DNA of 64,000 nt, from assembly GCA_964558645.1 (NCBI GenBank), contig CAZLEV010000009.1, positions 27,568 through 91,567 of the forward strand. The letters are read 5' to 3'. A model generated the notes under the pieces. It saw only the letters and a program-made list of their open reading frames with translations, did no database searches and was not told the DNA's origin. A program made the position numbers and the translations under genes. Of this stretch, positions 28,922 to 39,001 are shown in pieces (positions within the stretch are counted from its first letter, which is position 1; each line of letters opens with the position of its first letter). The DNA is from an uncultured archaeon. Its GTDB lineage: Archaea; Asgardarchaeota; Thorarchaeia; Thorarchaeales; Thorarchaeaceae.

Positions 28922-30670
28922 CTACTGAATCGAAACATCTGAGCAGTATAGCTTGGTACGTCGTTCGTATGGCGAACGATACCTAGACGGAACCGGGTAG
29001 TTGCTGAACGAGTGGGAATACCATCTCTCAAACAGACGCTCAAGCTCCCGCTCCATTCGATTGACCAAGGATTCACTCATAGCGGGATCCACCGTGAAGA
29101 CATGACCATGTGATGTGGCCAAAGAGTTGTTCTTGAGAAGAGGCTTTCCGTCCAAGAAAGTCATGTGAGCTCTTCTGAAGCCACGTACAATCTGCTCCGG
29201 ATCTGATGTAAGGTCCGTTTTCATCGGGAGGATGTCGTAGACTGAAATGTCAGCATCGGCACCGATTCCGAGGTGCCCCTTGTGCTCCTGAATGCCTAGA
29301 ATCTTCGCAGGAGCAGCCCTTGTTGATATTGCCAAGTCATAGAGACTCCACTCTCTGCCAATCGATTCAAGAGCTGACCGTTTCCGAACTTCAGGATGCA
29401 CTTGCTCCAACCACTCCATCCGGTGCTTATGGCTCATCAGCCAAGCAAACACCAATGGGTAGCGCGTGAAAGGTCCAGCATTCGGACTGTCTGTGGTGAC
29501 AACACAACGCCATATGTCGTCGACTGAGAGGGCGTATTCAAGACCGATGGCCCACTGTACCGAGTTCACCATGGACTTCGGATTGTAGTAATAGGGAACA
29601 ACACCTCCCCCGCCAGGCATCTCGGCATCGGCTGCAAGATTGGCCCACTTGTTGCCAGTCAGCTTGTACAGTGACTGCTGGAAGGGGCCGTCCCCCGTCA
29701 TTGTCATTGCCTCTCCAAACGTGATTTGCCCAATGTCCGCTGTGAGGTGCTTGTTCTTGTTCGCGTAGTGAGCTAGCTGCAGTCCCCCCGACGCGATCTC
29801 ATCCCATGAGTTGAATCTGTCCGTAGAACTTGACATAGCTTCGAACGAAACGTGGGTCAGATGAACAATCTGGTCACGTTCACTGTGACCTGCGACCTTC
29901 TTCAAGGCGTCCAGTGTGTTCAGAGTAGTCTCGAGATTGCCAACTGTACCCAGATTGTTAGGATGGAGGTGTGTAACGTGGGGAAGTCCCAATGCCTCTA
30001 CCGTTTCAGCAACCCCGACGATGATATCACGCGGCGTGATACTCCAATCAGGAATCTCATCGTCGAGCTCATGCACATTAGAGCCGTGTGCCCACGCATA
30101 GACCCCTCCGGGGTTTACCAGTTTCACACCCCATCCACCAGTATTCTCTAGAATCCATGATATGTAGCCAGCAAGGCCATCCAAGTCATTTTCCTGCAGG
30201 AAGTGGAAAGTCACGGTGCTATTGCAGAAGAGGGGAAGCATTGCCATGTTCAGGTTGGGAACGTCCGCAATCTCTTCCCAGCAGCTCAGTGCTTTCAGAG
30301 GGAGAACTGCTGGTTCCACGACTGTTGTGTAACCCATCTCGCAGTATCTGTAACCGACAATGTAGGAACTAGGCAGGACGTGACCCGAACCTGAACGAGG
30401 GACATCGACCTTCGAAACTGGCTCTTGGCGATGGAAATCAGGCGCCAAGAGTCGCGCCATAGACAGCTTGCTTCCGAGGATGTGGGAGTGCATGTCAACC
30501 CCACCAGGCATCACCAATCGTTCACCGATATCAATAATCTCTGCCTTATTGCTAACAGAATCGACTATGCTGCCGTTTGAAATCGAGAGATCCATAATCT
30601 CGCCATCAATACCATTGGCTGGATCAACAACGTAGCATCGCCTCAGGAGGAATTCGTTCCCGGCCGTCAC
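28922..30670 (-). CDS. fwdA: Formylmethanofuran dehydrogenase subunit A
   Basis: MPGGVDMHSH, GYTTVVEP, KLVNPGG, HLHPNNLG, TTDSPNAGPF, KGHLGIGADAD. Confidence 0.93.
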   Translation of the reverse strand: MTAGNEFLLRRCYVVDPANGIDGEIMDLSISNGSIVDSVSNKAEIIDIGERLVMPGGVDMHSHILGSKLSMARLLAPDFHRQEPVSKVDVPRSGSGHVLPSSYIVGYRYCEMGYTTVVEPAVLPLKALSCWEEIADVPNLNMAMLPLFCNSTVTFHFLQENDLDGLAGYISWILENTGGWGVKLVNPGGVYAWAHGSNVHELDDEIPDWSITPRDIIVGVAETVEALGLPHVTHLHPNNLGTVGNLETTLNTLDALKKVAGHSERDQIVHLTHVSFEAMSSSTDRFNSWDEIASGGLQLAHYANKNKHLTADIGQITFGEAMTMTGDGPFQQSLYKLTGNKWANLAADAEMPGGGGVVPYYYNPKSMVNSVQWAIGLEYALSVDDIWRCVVTTDSPNAGPFTRYPLVFAWLMSHKHRMEWLEQVHPEVRKRSALESIGREWSLYDLAISTRAAPAKILGIQEHKGHLGIGADADISVYDILPMKTDLTSDPEQIVRGFRRAHMTFLDGKPLLKNNSLATSHGHVFTVDPAMSESLVNRMERELERLFERWYSHSFSNYPVPSRYRSPYERRTKLYCSDVSIQ

Positions 30671-31962
30671 AACCTTGCCTCCAGACCTTCACGCAACATG
30701 CGCAACACCTCCCGATCGGGAAGAACTCCGTCTGGTGGGTCAACCACCTTCTTTAGATAGAGGGGAAGTCCATCCATTCGAACGGCGACCCCATCGGATT
30801 CAATGCCTGACTGCGTCGTGGGAATATTCACCTTGGCAACAGTTGAAGTGAGATTCTTTTTGGGATCAAGATTGATGACAGGAATTGTACCCAGGGTTCG
30901 CACTGCGTCAACTGGAAAATGCGCGCAAGGATCTGCAGCTATGTTCAGTAGAGCGTCAACCTCCTTTCTTCTGAGCAAGTCAACTGCAGAGTATTCTCCA
31001 GGCTGATAGCGAGGATAGCCTCGAGAAAAGTCCACCGCGAAGGGATAGCCTGTAGTCCAGGTGCAGGTCTCGTTAGCACCTGCCACGTTGAAATGTCCGC
31101 GCATCGGAATCATGTTCCATTTTCCAAACTCATTGAGGTCTTGTAGCAACCGTATCGCTGCGTCAACGTTACGATGCCGTCCACTGGACTGTGTGAGCCC
31201 GAGGCCGTAGAAGAATACACCGTAGTGCGCCGCCTTCAAACGCTCAGCCATGTCCCACAACTCCGAGAAACTAACACCTCCCACAGTTGAGACGTCTAGC
31301 TGCCTACCGTTCACAAAAGCACGGAGAACACTGAGAATCTCTAAATCGCTTCCGACTTCGATATTGATGAAGCGATTGGCAACTCGCGAGGTGGCGGTCT
31401 CACGTACATCCACCACCCATACTTCTCGTTCTTCGCGTGGTTCTCGAACATAGACTCCGGGCGTTGTAACGAATCGTGCAATATGTCGTGGATGGGCATG
31501 GACAGGATTGCAACCCCAATAGATGACGAGGTCAGCTCGGTTACGAGCCTCGGTCAATGCCCCGTGTGGTTCGCCAGACTCCTGTACACCAATGATTGAG
31601 GGGCCATGACAGACCGATGAAGTATTGTCAACGATGCCACCAAGAATCTCAGCGATGTGATAGGCCTCACGGTGGGCGTCATTCTCAGTTGAGCTAAGAC
31701 CATATAGAAGGGGGCGTCGGGCCTCTGACAGAATGCCGATAGCTTCATCCAGGGCGTTTTCAAGAGTGCATTCCCTCAGGTGGTCTTCCATCCTAATTGT
31801 GGGTCGGAGCATACGGTCTTGCATGTGATTCAGGAACTTCGACTTGCTTATAGTGCAGCCATTTCTGTTCTCAACAACTACTCCGTTTTCGACGCGGACT
31901 ACTAGATCATCACACAGACATCCACAGAAGGGGCAGACAACATGCTCGACTTCTCGATTCAT
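30667..31962 (-). CDS. fwdB: Formylmethanofuran dehydrogenase subunit B (Cys-ligated)
   Basis: CPFCGCLCDD, SSVCHGP, WGCNP.HAHPRH, MRGHFNVAG, RMDG. Confidence 0.93.
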   Translation of the reverse strand: MNREVEHVVCPFCGCLCDDLVVRVENGVVVENRNGCTISKSKFLNHMQDRMLRPTIRMEDHLRECTLENALDEAIGILSEARRPLLYGLSSTENDAHREAYHIAEILGGIVDNTSSVCHGPSIIGVQESGEPHGALTEARNRADLVIYWGCNPVHAHPRHIARFVTTPGVYVREPREEREVWVVDVRETATSRVANRFINIEVGSDLEILSVLRAFVNGRQLDVSTVGGVSFSELWDMAERLKAAHYGVFFYGLGLTQSSGRHRNVDAAIRLLQDLNEFGKWNMIPMRGHFNVAGANETCTWTTGYPFAVDFSRGYPRYQPGEYSAVDLLRRKEVDALLNIAADPCAHFPVDAVRTLGTIPVINLDPKKNLTSTVAKVNIPTTQSGIESDGVAVRMDGLPLYLKKVVDPPDGVLPDREVLRMLREGLEARL

Positions 31963-32363
31963 CCTCTTGCCCCCATGATGGACTGAAGTAACTCCTCGGG
32001 ATCTAGAATCGGCTCCTGTTTGGCTGCGAATACCTTGGCAGAAGTGCCTTTGAAGTCAGGCATTCCTGTTTCCAAGGTGTCAGAACCTATGACCATGTTG
32101 GCATAGGGACCACATGGGAGGAATGCCATCAAGGGATCCATCTTTGAGTTCTCTTTGGCCCTCACCACAACCGATCCATGATAAGTTTCGATACTTACAT
32201 GGTCACCTTCATGTATTCCTAATACTCTCAGGGCTAGAGGACTGATTTCACAATAAGACACTGCCTGAGCGTATTCATCAGTGAGTTTCCCCTTCTCCAT
32301 TGCCCGACCCTGGCGTAGAGTACGACCCGTGACTAGCATTACTTCTACGCCCACTCGCGTCAT
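31959..32363 (-). CDS. fwdD: Formylmethanofuran dehydrogenase subunit D
   Basis: TGRTLRQG, F.PCGPYAN, TGMPDFKG. Confidence 0.92.
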   Translation of the reverse strand: MTRVGVEVMLVTGRTLRQGRAMEKGKLTDEYAQAVSYCEISPLALRVLGIHEGDHVSIETYHGSVVVRAKENSKMDPLMAFLPCGPYANMVIGSDTLETGMPDFKGTSAKVFAAKQEPILDPEELLQSIMGARG

Positions 32364-32516
32364 CTCAATCAGCTCGACTGCTGTCCACAGGAGAGCAGCT
32401 TCGGAGATAAGATGCTTTCGACTTGCAGAGTCTTGCAGTCCCTTCGAAGCTTTTATCAGATAGCTTTCGTGGTGGCGCCAAGAATATCTCTGTCATCACA
32501 GGTAGATGAAGGACAA

Positions 32517-33482
32517 ATGGCAGGCAAGAAGATTCTCAAGGATTTGTACGCGCGAACCCTCAAGGTCAGGCTATTCGAAGAGGAAGTCTGGGAGATTTTT
32601 GGTAGAAATCTCGTCCCTGGTACTCTACATCTCTATCTCGGGCAAGAAGCAGTAGCCGCAGGAGTGACTGCTGCTCTAAATGAGAGCGACTGGATTCAGA
32701 GTACTCACAGAGGTCATGGACATGTGGTAGCCAAAGGAATAGATATGAAGAGGGCTATGGCTGAACTTCTTGGAAAGAAGACGGGCTCGTGTAAGGGAAA
32801 GGGCGGTTCCATGCACATCACGCAGTTCGACGCAGGGGTTCTGGGAGCCACGGGCGTTGTTGCTTCAGGACTTCCCATCGCAGTAGGTGCTGCACTCTCT
32901 TGTAAGATGAGAGGAACCGATGATGTCGTTGCATGTTTCTTCGGTGATGGTGCGTCCAATAATGGAACGTTTTGTGAATCGCTCAACATGGCTGCAATCT
33001 GGAGCCTTCCTGTCATCTGGGTGGTAGAGAACAACTTCTATGCAATGGGCACACCAATCAAGATGACATGCCCTTCGGATAACATCGCGAAGCGGGCGGA
33101 GGGATACTGTATTCCTGCAGAAGTGGTCGATGGAAACAACGCACTTGAGGTCTACGAGGCAACCAAAAAAGCGGTGGAAAGAGCCCGAAAGGGCGAAGGC
33201 CCCAGTCTGATTGAGTGCCGAACATACCGCCAGAAGGGGCACTCACGATTTGATCCCGCCAAATATCGACCGAAAGATGAGGAAGAAGAATGGTTGAGCA
33301 GAGACCCAGTTGAGATCATCAAGAAGATTGCCATCGAAGAAGGAGCTCTATCTGAGAAGGAGGCGGAGAAGATTCGCAAGAAACTCAAGGAAGAAGTCGA
33401 GAAGGCGGGAGAGTTCGCAATCGAGTCTGAGGAACCAGCACCTGAAGAGGCTCTGGATGATGTCTATGCGGAGGCGTTCTAG
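32517..33482 (+). CDS. TPP-dependent pyruvate/acetoin dehydrogenase E1 alpha
   Basis: HLYLGQEA, THRGHGH, GKGGSMH, GDGA..N..ENN, TYRQKGHS. Confidence 0.92.
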   Translation: MAGKKILKDLYARTLKVRLFEEEVWEIFGRNLVPGTLHLYLGQEAVAAGVTAALNESDWIQSTHRGHGHVVAKGIDMKRAMAELLGKKTGSCKGKGGSMHITQFDAGVLGATGVVASGLPIAVGAALSCKMRGTDDVVACFFGDGASNNGTFCESLNMAAIWSLPVIWVVENNFYAMGTPIKMTCPSDNIAKRAEGYCIPAEVVDGNNALEVYEATKKAVERARKGEGPSLIECRTYRQKGHSRFDPAKYRPKDEEEEWLSRDPVEIIKKIAIEEGALSEKEAEKIRKKLKEEVEKAGEFAIESEEPAPEEALDDVYAEAF

Positions 33483-34457
33483 ATGACAGAGAAGACATAC
33501 CGAGAAGCTCTCAGAGAGGGGCTTCGAGAAGAGATGACACGTGATGACACAGTCTTTCTGATGGGTGAGGACATTGGGAAGAACTGGGGCGGCGCGTTCA
33601 AAGTGACCAAGGGGCTTGCGGATGAATTCGGCGAGGAGCGGGTCCGCGACACTCCAATATCAGAAAACACGATAGCAGGTGCAGCGGTCGGTGCTGCCAT
33701 CACAGGCCTCCGTCCGGTGGCTGAGATCATGTTTGGAGACCTGATCACTCTGGCAATGGACCAGATATGCAATCAAGCGGCCAAGATGAGATACATGTTC
33801 GGTGGTCAGACATCTGTTCCGCTTGTACTCCGTACTGTCTTCGGGGGAGGTAAGAATATCGCATCGCACCACTCTCAGAGCCTACAGGCATGGTTCATGC
33901 ATACACCGGGCCTGAAGATCTGTGTACCTGCCTTCGCTAGTGATGTCAAAGGACTCATCAAGACAGCAATCAGAGACCCGGACCCGGTCATGTTCTTTGA
34001 ACACAAGCTTGTCTATGACAAGAAAGAAGACGTTCCGGATGATGAGTATACGATCCCCTTGGGAGAGGCGAGGATTCATCGCGAGGGTGCAGATGTAACA
34101 GTCTGGGCAACCTTCATGATGGCTCACAAAGCAATCGAAGTTGCAGATGCGCTGAACAAGGAGGGTATCAGTGTAGAGGTCATAGATCCAAGAACACTTG
34201 TACCTCTGGACAAGAAGACATTGATTGACTCGGTTAAGAAGACAGGTAGGCTTGTGTTGGTGACAGAAGAAACTAGGACAGGAGCAACAACAGCTGAGGT
34301 TTCGGCTCTGGTCCAGGAAGAAGCATTTGATTGGCTCGATTCGCCCATCCAGAGAGTTAATGCCCCCGATACCCCTGTTCCATTTAGCCCGAGTCTGGAG
34401 AACTTTTTCATTCCAGATGAGAAGAGTATCGAGAAAGCGATACGGTCAATTTTCTAG
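33483..34457 (+). CDS. 2-oxoacid/acetoin dehydrogenase E1 beta
   Basis: MGEDIG, DTPISE, GLRPVAEIMF, HHSQ, EHK, IDPRTLVPLD. Confidence 0.93.
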   Translation: MTEKTYREALREGLREEMTRDDTVFLMGEDIGKNWGGAFKVTKGLADEFGEERVRDTPISENTIAGAAVGAAITGLRPVAEIMFGDLITLAMDQICNQAAKMRYMFGGQTSVPLVLRTVFGGGKNIASHHSQSLQAWFMHTPGLKICVPAFASDVKGLIKTAIRDPDPVMFFEHKLVYDKKEDVPDDEYTIPLGEARIHREGADVTVWATFMMAHKAIEVADALNKEGISVEVIDPRTLVPLDKKTLIDSVKKTGRLVLVTEETRTGATTAEVSALVQEEAFDWLDSPIQRVNAPDTPVPFSPSLENFFIPDEKSIEKAIRSIF

Positions 34458-35956
34458 TGGCTCTGCAGAGTGAAGAAAACAGTTGTTCCAATACCCTCTT
34501 CGCTCTCAAACCATATCTCGCCCCCGTGAGCCTCGATTACCTTCTTGGCGGTGACCAGTCCTATGCCTGCACCCTCGAAGTCAGCTGCATTATGTAGTCG
34601 CTGAAATGGTTCAAAGAGGCCGTCAGCGTCTTCAGTATCAAAACCTATACCGTTGTCGCGAATGAAGAAGACCTCCGAGCCATTCTGTCTTATCACACCG
34701 AACTCAATCAGAGCGGATTCGCTCTTCTGGGTGTATTTCCATGCATTCCCAATGAGATTTGAGAGGAGAATGTGTATTAGGTCCGGATCTGCAGCTGCAT
34801 GCATTCCCTCTTCAATATCGACGGATACTTCTCTGTCAGGGCTCTGCACGGTCAAGTCCTGAATGACTTCATGCGCCATTTGCGATACATCAACCTCTTG
34901 CAGAGTGGCCGTGCGAACAGAGAGGGAAGCCAGTCTCAGAAGAGCCTCCACCAGCTGATCGACCTGATCCACACGTTCCACCATCTCCTCGATGTACTCC
35001 TCACATACCTCACTATCAGCCTTCACGCATGTGGTGCCAATCAGCTCGGCATAGCTGCGTATCACCTGTAGCGGGCTCTTGATATCGTGTGATAGTGATG
35101 CCGCGAATGCCTCAAGATCGCGATTCACCTGTTCTAGCTGTTTGACGCGGGCCTGTTCTCGTTGGACACTGACCTCCAGGTTTCGAAAGAGGCTATCGTA
35201 AGGCTTCTGAAGGCTGTTTCTGACCATTCCAACATAAAGCAGGCTGAACGAAAGCAGCTTAAGATAGTGACCGACCCAGTTCATCACGCCATACACATCG
35301 ATATACAGAGTGAAAGCGAGCTCGGAGCCCTGAGTGAGAATGATTGACAGTATCAATAATCTCCAGAGTGTAGGTTCGAACATCTCACGTTTCTGACCGT
35401 AGGCAAGAACAGCGATACAGAGGATCCCTACCACTACATATTCACTGACAATCTTGAAGAGTGTAAGGCCAACGCCCTCAATGTAACAGTCCGGGAAGAA
35501 ACCCGCGAATATCAGGACGTGAAGAACCACAGTGATCACGGCATAGCATATGAACACAGTCTGCTTGTTCGTCTTGCGTTGCACAAATCCAATGGCAACC
35601 AGAATCGAGACACTCTCAAGGTAGCGGGCGGCTATCCAAAGCTGAGTTGGTAGATTCGAGTCATACCCCGGAAAGATGCCCATTCCGCTGTAGGCAAAAG
35701 TGTGAGTGAGGTCTAACATCGCCACAAAGAGATATGCCACGCCCAAGACGAGGAAGAAACTGTATTCCGTGAATCGTTCGGTGTTCCAAGCCACTGCGAA
35801 GACCCCGAAGGCTACCAGAATCGCTGAGCACTCTACAATGACATGGAAGAGCAGGTAGCTGTACAGGCTGATTATGTAGAGCATGATACCTACCAGGGCT
35901 GCAAGAACTAAAGACCCAACGAGCCGGAGTTGGCTATGGTTCTTCATGCTCCTCAT
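34454..35956 (-). CDS. Membrane sensor histidine kinase (MASE3, HisKA, HATPase)
   Basis: YLLFH..E, D..HT.AY.GMG.F, QLWIAARY, SELAFTLY (MASE3); SHDIKSPL, NLIGNAWKY, DNGIGF, GAGIGL. Confidence 0.92.
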   Translation of the reverse strand: MRSMKNHSQLRLVGSLVLAALVGIMLYIISLYSYLLFHVIVECSAILVAFGVFAVAWNTERFTEYSFFLVLGVAYLFVAMLDLTHTFAYSGMGIFPGYDSNLPTQLWIAARYLESVSILVAIGFVQRKTNKQTVFICYAVITVVLHVLIFAGFFPDCYIEGVGLTLFKIVSEYVVVGILCIAVLAYGQKREMFEPTLWRLLILSIILTQGSELAFTLYIDVYGVMNWVGHYLKLLSFSLLYVGMVRNSLQKPYDSLFRNLEVSVQREQARVKQLEQVNRDLEAFAASLSHDIKSPLQVIRSYAELIGTTCVKADSEVCEEYIEEMVERVDQVDQLVEALLRLASLSVRTATLQEVDVSQMAHEVIQDLTVQSPDREVSVDIEEGMHAAADPDLIHILLSNLIGNAWKYTQKSESALIEFGVIRQNGSEVFFIRDNGIGFDTEDADGLFEPFQRLHNAADFEGAGIGLVTAKKVIEAHGGEIWFESEEGIGTTVFFTLQSH

Positions 35957-36148
35957 CCTTTGTTCCGCTCCCTTGGCAGTAGCGCGATATCTCGTTCACA
36001 GCCATCACCGGGATATAAGGCCTCTCGTGAGATGGAAATAGGATTGCAAAAACACAACAGTATCGTTAAATAGTTGGACCTGTCCTGAGCGAATACACTG
36101 CCCCTCAGGAATCTCAGCCCTACTAGGCTTGCTCTCGGAGGTTATCAA

Positions 36149-37372
36149 ATGGTCACAACGATGATTATGCAGAGAATGAGCGTTGCTATGGAATACGGCG
36201 TCATCCTCAAATGGCTGAAGAAGGAGGGCGAGAAGGTTGAGAAGGGTGACCCAGTGGTAGAAATCTTCGGGGAGAAGAACGAGTTCGAGCTGGAGGCACC
36301 CGAGAACGGGTTTCTGTTGAAGATTCTGTGTGATGTGGACGATGAGATACCCATTAGTGAACCAATCGCAATCATAGGCAAAAAGGGTGAAACAATTCCG
36401 GATGTCAAGCCAAAGAAGCTCAACGAAGAACAACCCTCCCCGACGGTGCCAGTGAGAGAGTCTGAAGAGAGCACTCCCGTCACGAAAACATCGAGTAGGT
36501 CCACCACCGCTACACCCCTTCCCGGGGGGCGCATTAAGGCATCACCTCGTGCCAAGAAGAAGGCCCGCGAACTGGGAGTAGATGTCTCTCTTGTCACTGG
36601 CACTGGCCCTGACGGGCGAACTGTGGAAGAAGATGTCATTCGTTTCGAGGAAACGTCTGCAGCAGCGTTAACTGATGAACGAGAAGTAAAGATGACTGAA
36701 GCTATGACTCCACTACGGCGTACCATAGCACGACGGATGACCGAGAGTTCGCACAACCCGCACATTACCATGATCACAGAGATTGACATGACCGAGGTTG
36801 TGTCGCTTCGGAGGGAGATTAACCAGCGGGTTGAGAAGACCCTCGGAATCAGAGTTTCATTCAATGATATCATTGTGAAGGCAGTTGCCGACACTCTGGA
36901 GAAGTTTCCCAAGTTTAACGCAACTCTCGTTGGAAACCAGATACGCATGTTTGCAGATATCAACATAGGAGTTGCTATGGCCACCGATGATGGCCTCATT
37001 GTTCCCGTTGTGAAGTCTGCAAATGTCAAGTCAATATCTGAGATTGCTCAGGAAACAAAGACCCTTGTTAAAAGAACGCACAACAATTCGCTTGAACCAA
37101 CTGACCTCCAAGGTGGCACATTCACTGTCTCCAATCTGGGTCCTTTCGAGGTCGACCTTTTCATTCCTGTGATAAACCCGCCAGAGACCGCAATCCTGGC
37201 TCTTGGTGCCATAAAGAAGAAACCTGTGGTCGTAGAGGACATGATTGCCATCAGACACACCATGATGGCAAGCTGTGCGGTTGATCACCGAGTCCTTGAC
37301 GGTGCTCCAGCAGGAGCGTTCTTGGCTGCTCTGAAAGACACCCTAGAGAACCCCTATTTCATGAAGATCTAG
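36149..37372 (+). CDS. Dihydrolipoamide acyltransferase E2
   Basis: Lipoyl domain (FGEKN), E1/E3-binding ASPRAKKKA..GTGPDGR, GGTFTVSNLG, DHRVLDG. Confidence 0.92.
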   Translation: MVTTMIMQRMSVAMEYGVILKWLKKEGEKVEKGDPVVEIFGEKNEFELEAPENGFLLKILCDVDDEIPISEPIAIIGKKGETIPDVKPKKLNEEQPSPTVPVRESEESTPVTKTSSRSTTATPLPGGRIKASPRAKKKARELGVDVSLVTGTGPDGRTVEEDVIRFEETSAAALTDEREVKMTEAMTPLRRTIARRMTESSHNPHITMITEIDMTEVVSLRREINQRVEKTLGIRVSFNDIIVKAVADTLEKFPKFNATLVGNQIRMFADINIGVAMATDDGLIVPVVKSANVKSISEIAQETKTLVKRTHNNSLEPTDLQGGTFTVSNLGPFEVDLFIPVINPPETAILALGAIKKKPVVVEDMIAIRHTMMASCAVDHRVLDGAPAGAFLAALKDTLENPYFMKI

Positions 37373-37409
37373 TAGAAGACATGATGGGCAGCGGCCAGTA
37401 GTAAATCAG

Positions 37410-37688
37410 CTATCCATACCGGAACTTCACACCAAAGGTGCCACGCGGGTAGTTCCAGTCCACGGCTCCGTATGGGCAGATGACTCTGCAGGTACCACAC
37501 TCAACACAATCTTCGTACTGGAATTGCATCTCGTCATCCTCATACTTGAAGCAGTTAGCGGGACAACCGACAATACAGGGCCGGTGCTTGCATTCTTCGC
37601 AAATCTCCTTTGAGATCAGGATGTGCGGATGTTCCGAATCAATCTTGTAACGCAGCAATCCCAGTTTGTCTTCAATGCGCTTCGTCAT
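37410..37688 (-). CDS. fixX: FixX-type ferredoxin
   Basis: HPHI, CPANCF, CVECGTCRVICP, WNYPRGTFGVKFRYG. Confidence 0.88.
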   Translation of the reverse strand: MTKRIEDKLGLLRYKIDSEHPHILISKEICEECKHRPCIVGCPANCFKYEDDEMQFQYEDCVECGTCRVICPYGAVDWNYPRGTFGVKFRYG

Positions 37689-38980
37689 AGGCCACGAATC
37701 AACTCCAGACCGTCTATTATCAAATGAGGAAGAGGTATGTCTGACAGGAACTTAATCATCGCGCGAGGCACGAGTCTCTGGCGGGGTACGAGGTCAGATG
37801 TGAAGGAGTCTCTGGCTAGACCCATTATCACTGAAGGATAGTCAGAATAGAGCCGGGGATTCCCGAACACAGCGGTCAGATGCTTATACGTGCTGAAGTC
37901 CTTCAGAATGAAGTTCCTCCGAAGGATTCGGTCATATTCACGGAGCGAGTCCTTTGAGAAGTCATTCTTCTTGTGCGCCTTGAGAATCGCCTTTGCAGCG
38001 GCCATACCTGAACCGATAGCGTAGTTCATCCCTTCAAACGAGAAGCCCAAGTTCAAGACTAAGCCTGCTGCGTCACCGACCACAATAATGCCATCATCAG
38101 AAAGATTCCGTATTGCACCATGGCCGCCCTCCGGAACAAGGTGAGCCGAATACTCCAGCAAGAGACCATCATGAATTGAACGGTTAACGATTGGTGTAGA
38201 CGTGAACTTGTTTATTATTTCTTTTGAATCGAGTTGGGCTCTTTGGAACCCAGTAAGGAGAACAACGACTCCTACTGACACAGATGCCCGGTTGGTGTAG
38301 AGGAATCCGCCCCCAGGAATACCACCTGTCACGCCCAAGAATGAGTGAGCAAGACCATCAGTACCAAAAAGTCCAAATCTCTCGTTTATGGTCTCCTCGG
38401 AGATACCAAATACCTCCTTAATGCCCAGAGCAACTTGGTGAGTCTCGGGCCTCTCTCTGAGACCAGCATCTTCAGCAACCAATGAGTTGACACCATCAGC
38501 GGCAATGACGACCTTAGATCGAACCACTTCGTCACCTGAGCGAATACCGACAACATGGCCGTTCTCTCTTACAACCCCGTCGACTCGAACACCCTCTACC
38601 AGCAGCGCACCTGCTTCCTCGGCCTTTGAGGCAAACCATCTGTCGAAGTCGGCTCGGAGAATTGAGAATCCATTGTAGGGTTCCTCAGCCAGAGAACCGT
38701 CGGTATAGTCTATCGTCAGGCTGGCCCCATTTTCAACCATGCTGACTCGGTGAGTCCGGATGATCCGTTCAATGGGTGCCTCCTCCCAGAATCGAGGAAT
38801 CAGTTTGTGGAGGATCCTGCCGAAAAGGACTCCGCCAGACACATTCTTATCGCCAGTCTTCTCCCCTCTTTCAATCAGGGTCACATCAAGTCCAGATTTC
38901 GCCAAGGCATATGCCGCGGCACACCCAGCAGGACCAGCACCAACAACAATCACATCAGGTTCATCAGCCAAGGAGATCAC
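37685..38980 (-). CDS. fixC: FixC-type FAD oxidoreductase (ETF-quinone oxidoreductase family)
   Basis: GAGPAG, ERG...G.KNVSGG, APIER, ADGVNS, GGGFLYTN, EYSAHLVPEGG, GDAAG. Confidence 0.88.
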   Translation of the reverse strand: MISLADEPDVIVVGAGPAGCAAAYALAKSGLDVTLIERGEKTGDKNVSGGVLFGRILHKLIPRFWEEAPIERIIRTHRVSMVENGASLTIDYTDGSLAEEPYNGFSILRADFDRWFASKAEEAGALLVEGVRVDGVVRENGHVVGIRSGDEVVRSKVVIAADGVNSLVAEDAGLRERPETHQVALGIKEVFGISEETINERFGLFGTDGLAHSFLGVTGGIPGGGFLYTNRASVSVGVVVLLTGFQRAQLDSKEIINKFTSTPIVNRSIHDGLLLEYSAHLVPEGGHGAIRNLSDDGIIVVGDAAGLVLNLGFSFEGMNYAIGSGMAAAKAILKAHKKNDFSKDSLREYDRILRRNFILKDFSTYKHLTAVFGNPRLYSDYPSVIMGLARDSFTSDLVPRQRLVPRAMIKFLSDIPLPHLIIDGLELIRGL

Positions 38981-39001
38981 TTCTTCATCGGATAGAGCAA
39001 C

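Noticed and set aside
30667-31962. Possible selenocysteine in FwdB
   Set aside because: The metal-ligand position is a Cys codon (SVCHG) and the ORF is uninterrupted.
36145-37029. 294-aa antisense ORF, and similar long antisense ORFs at 21423..22142, 26464..27024 and 48658..49272
   Set aside because: They fully overlap well-supported genes on the opposite strand and are codon-bias shadows.
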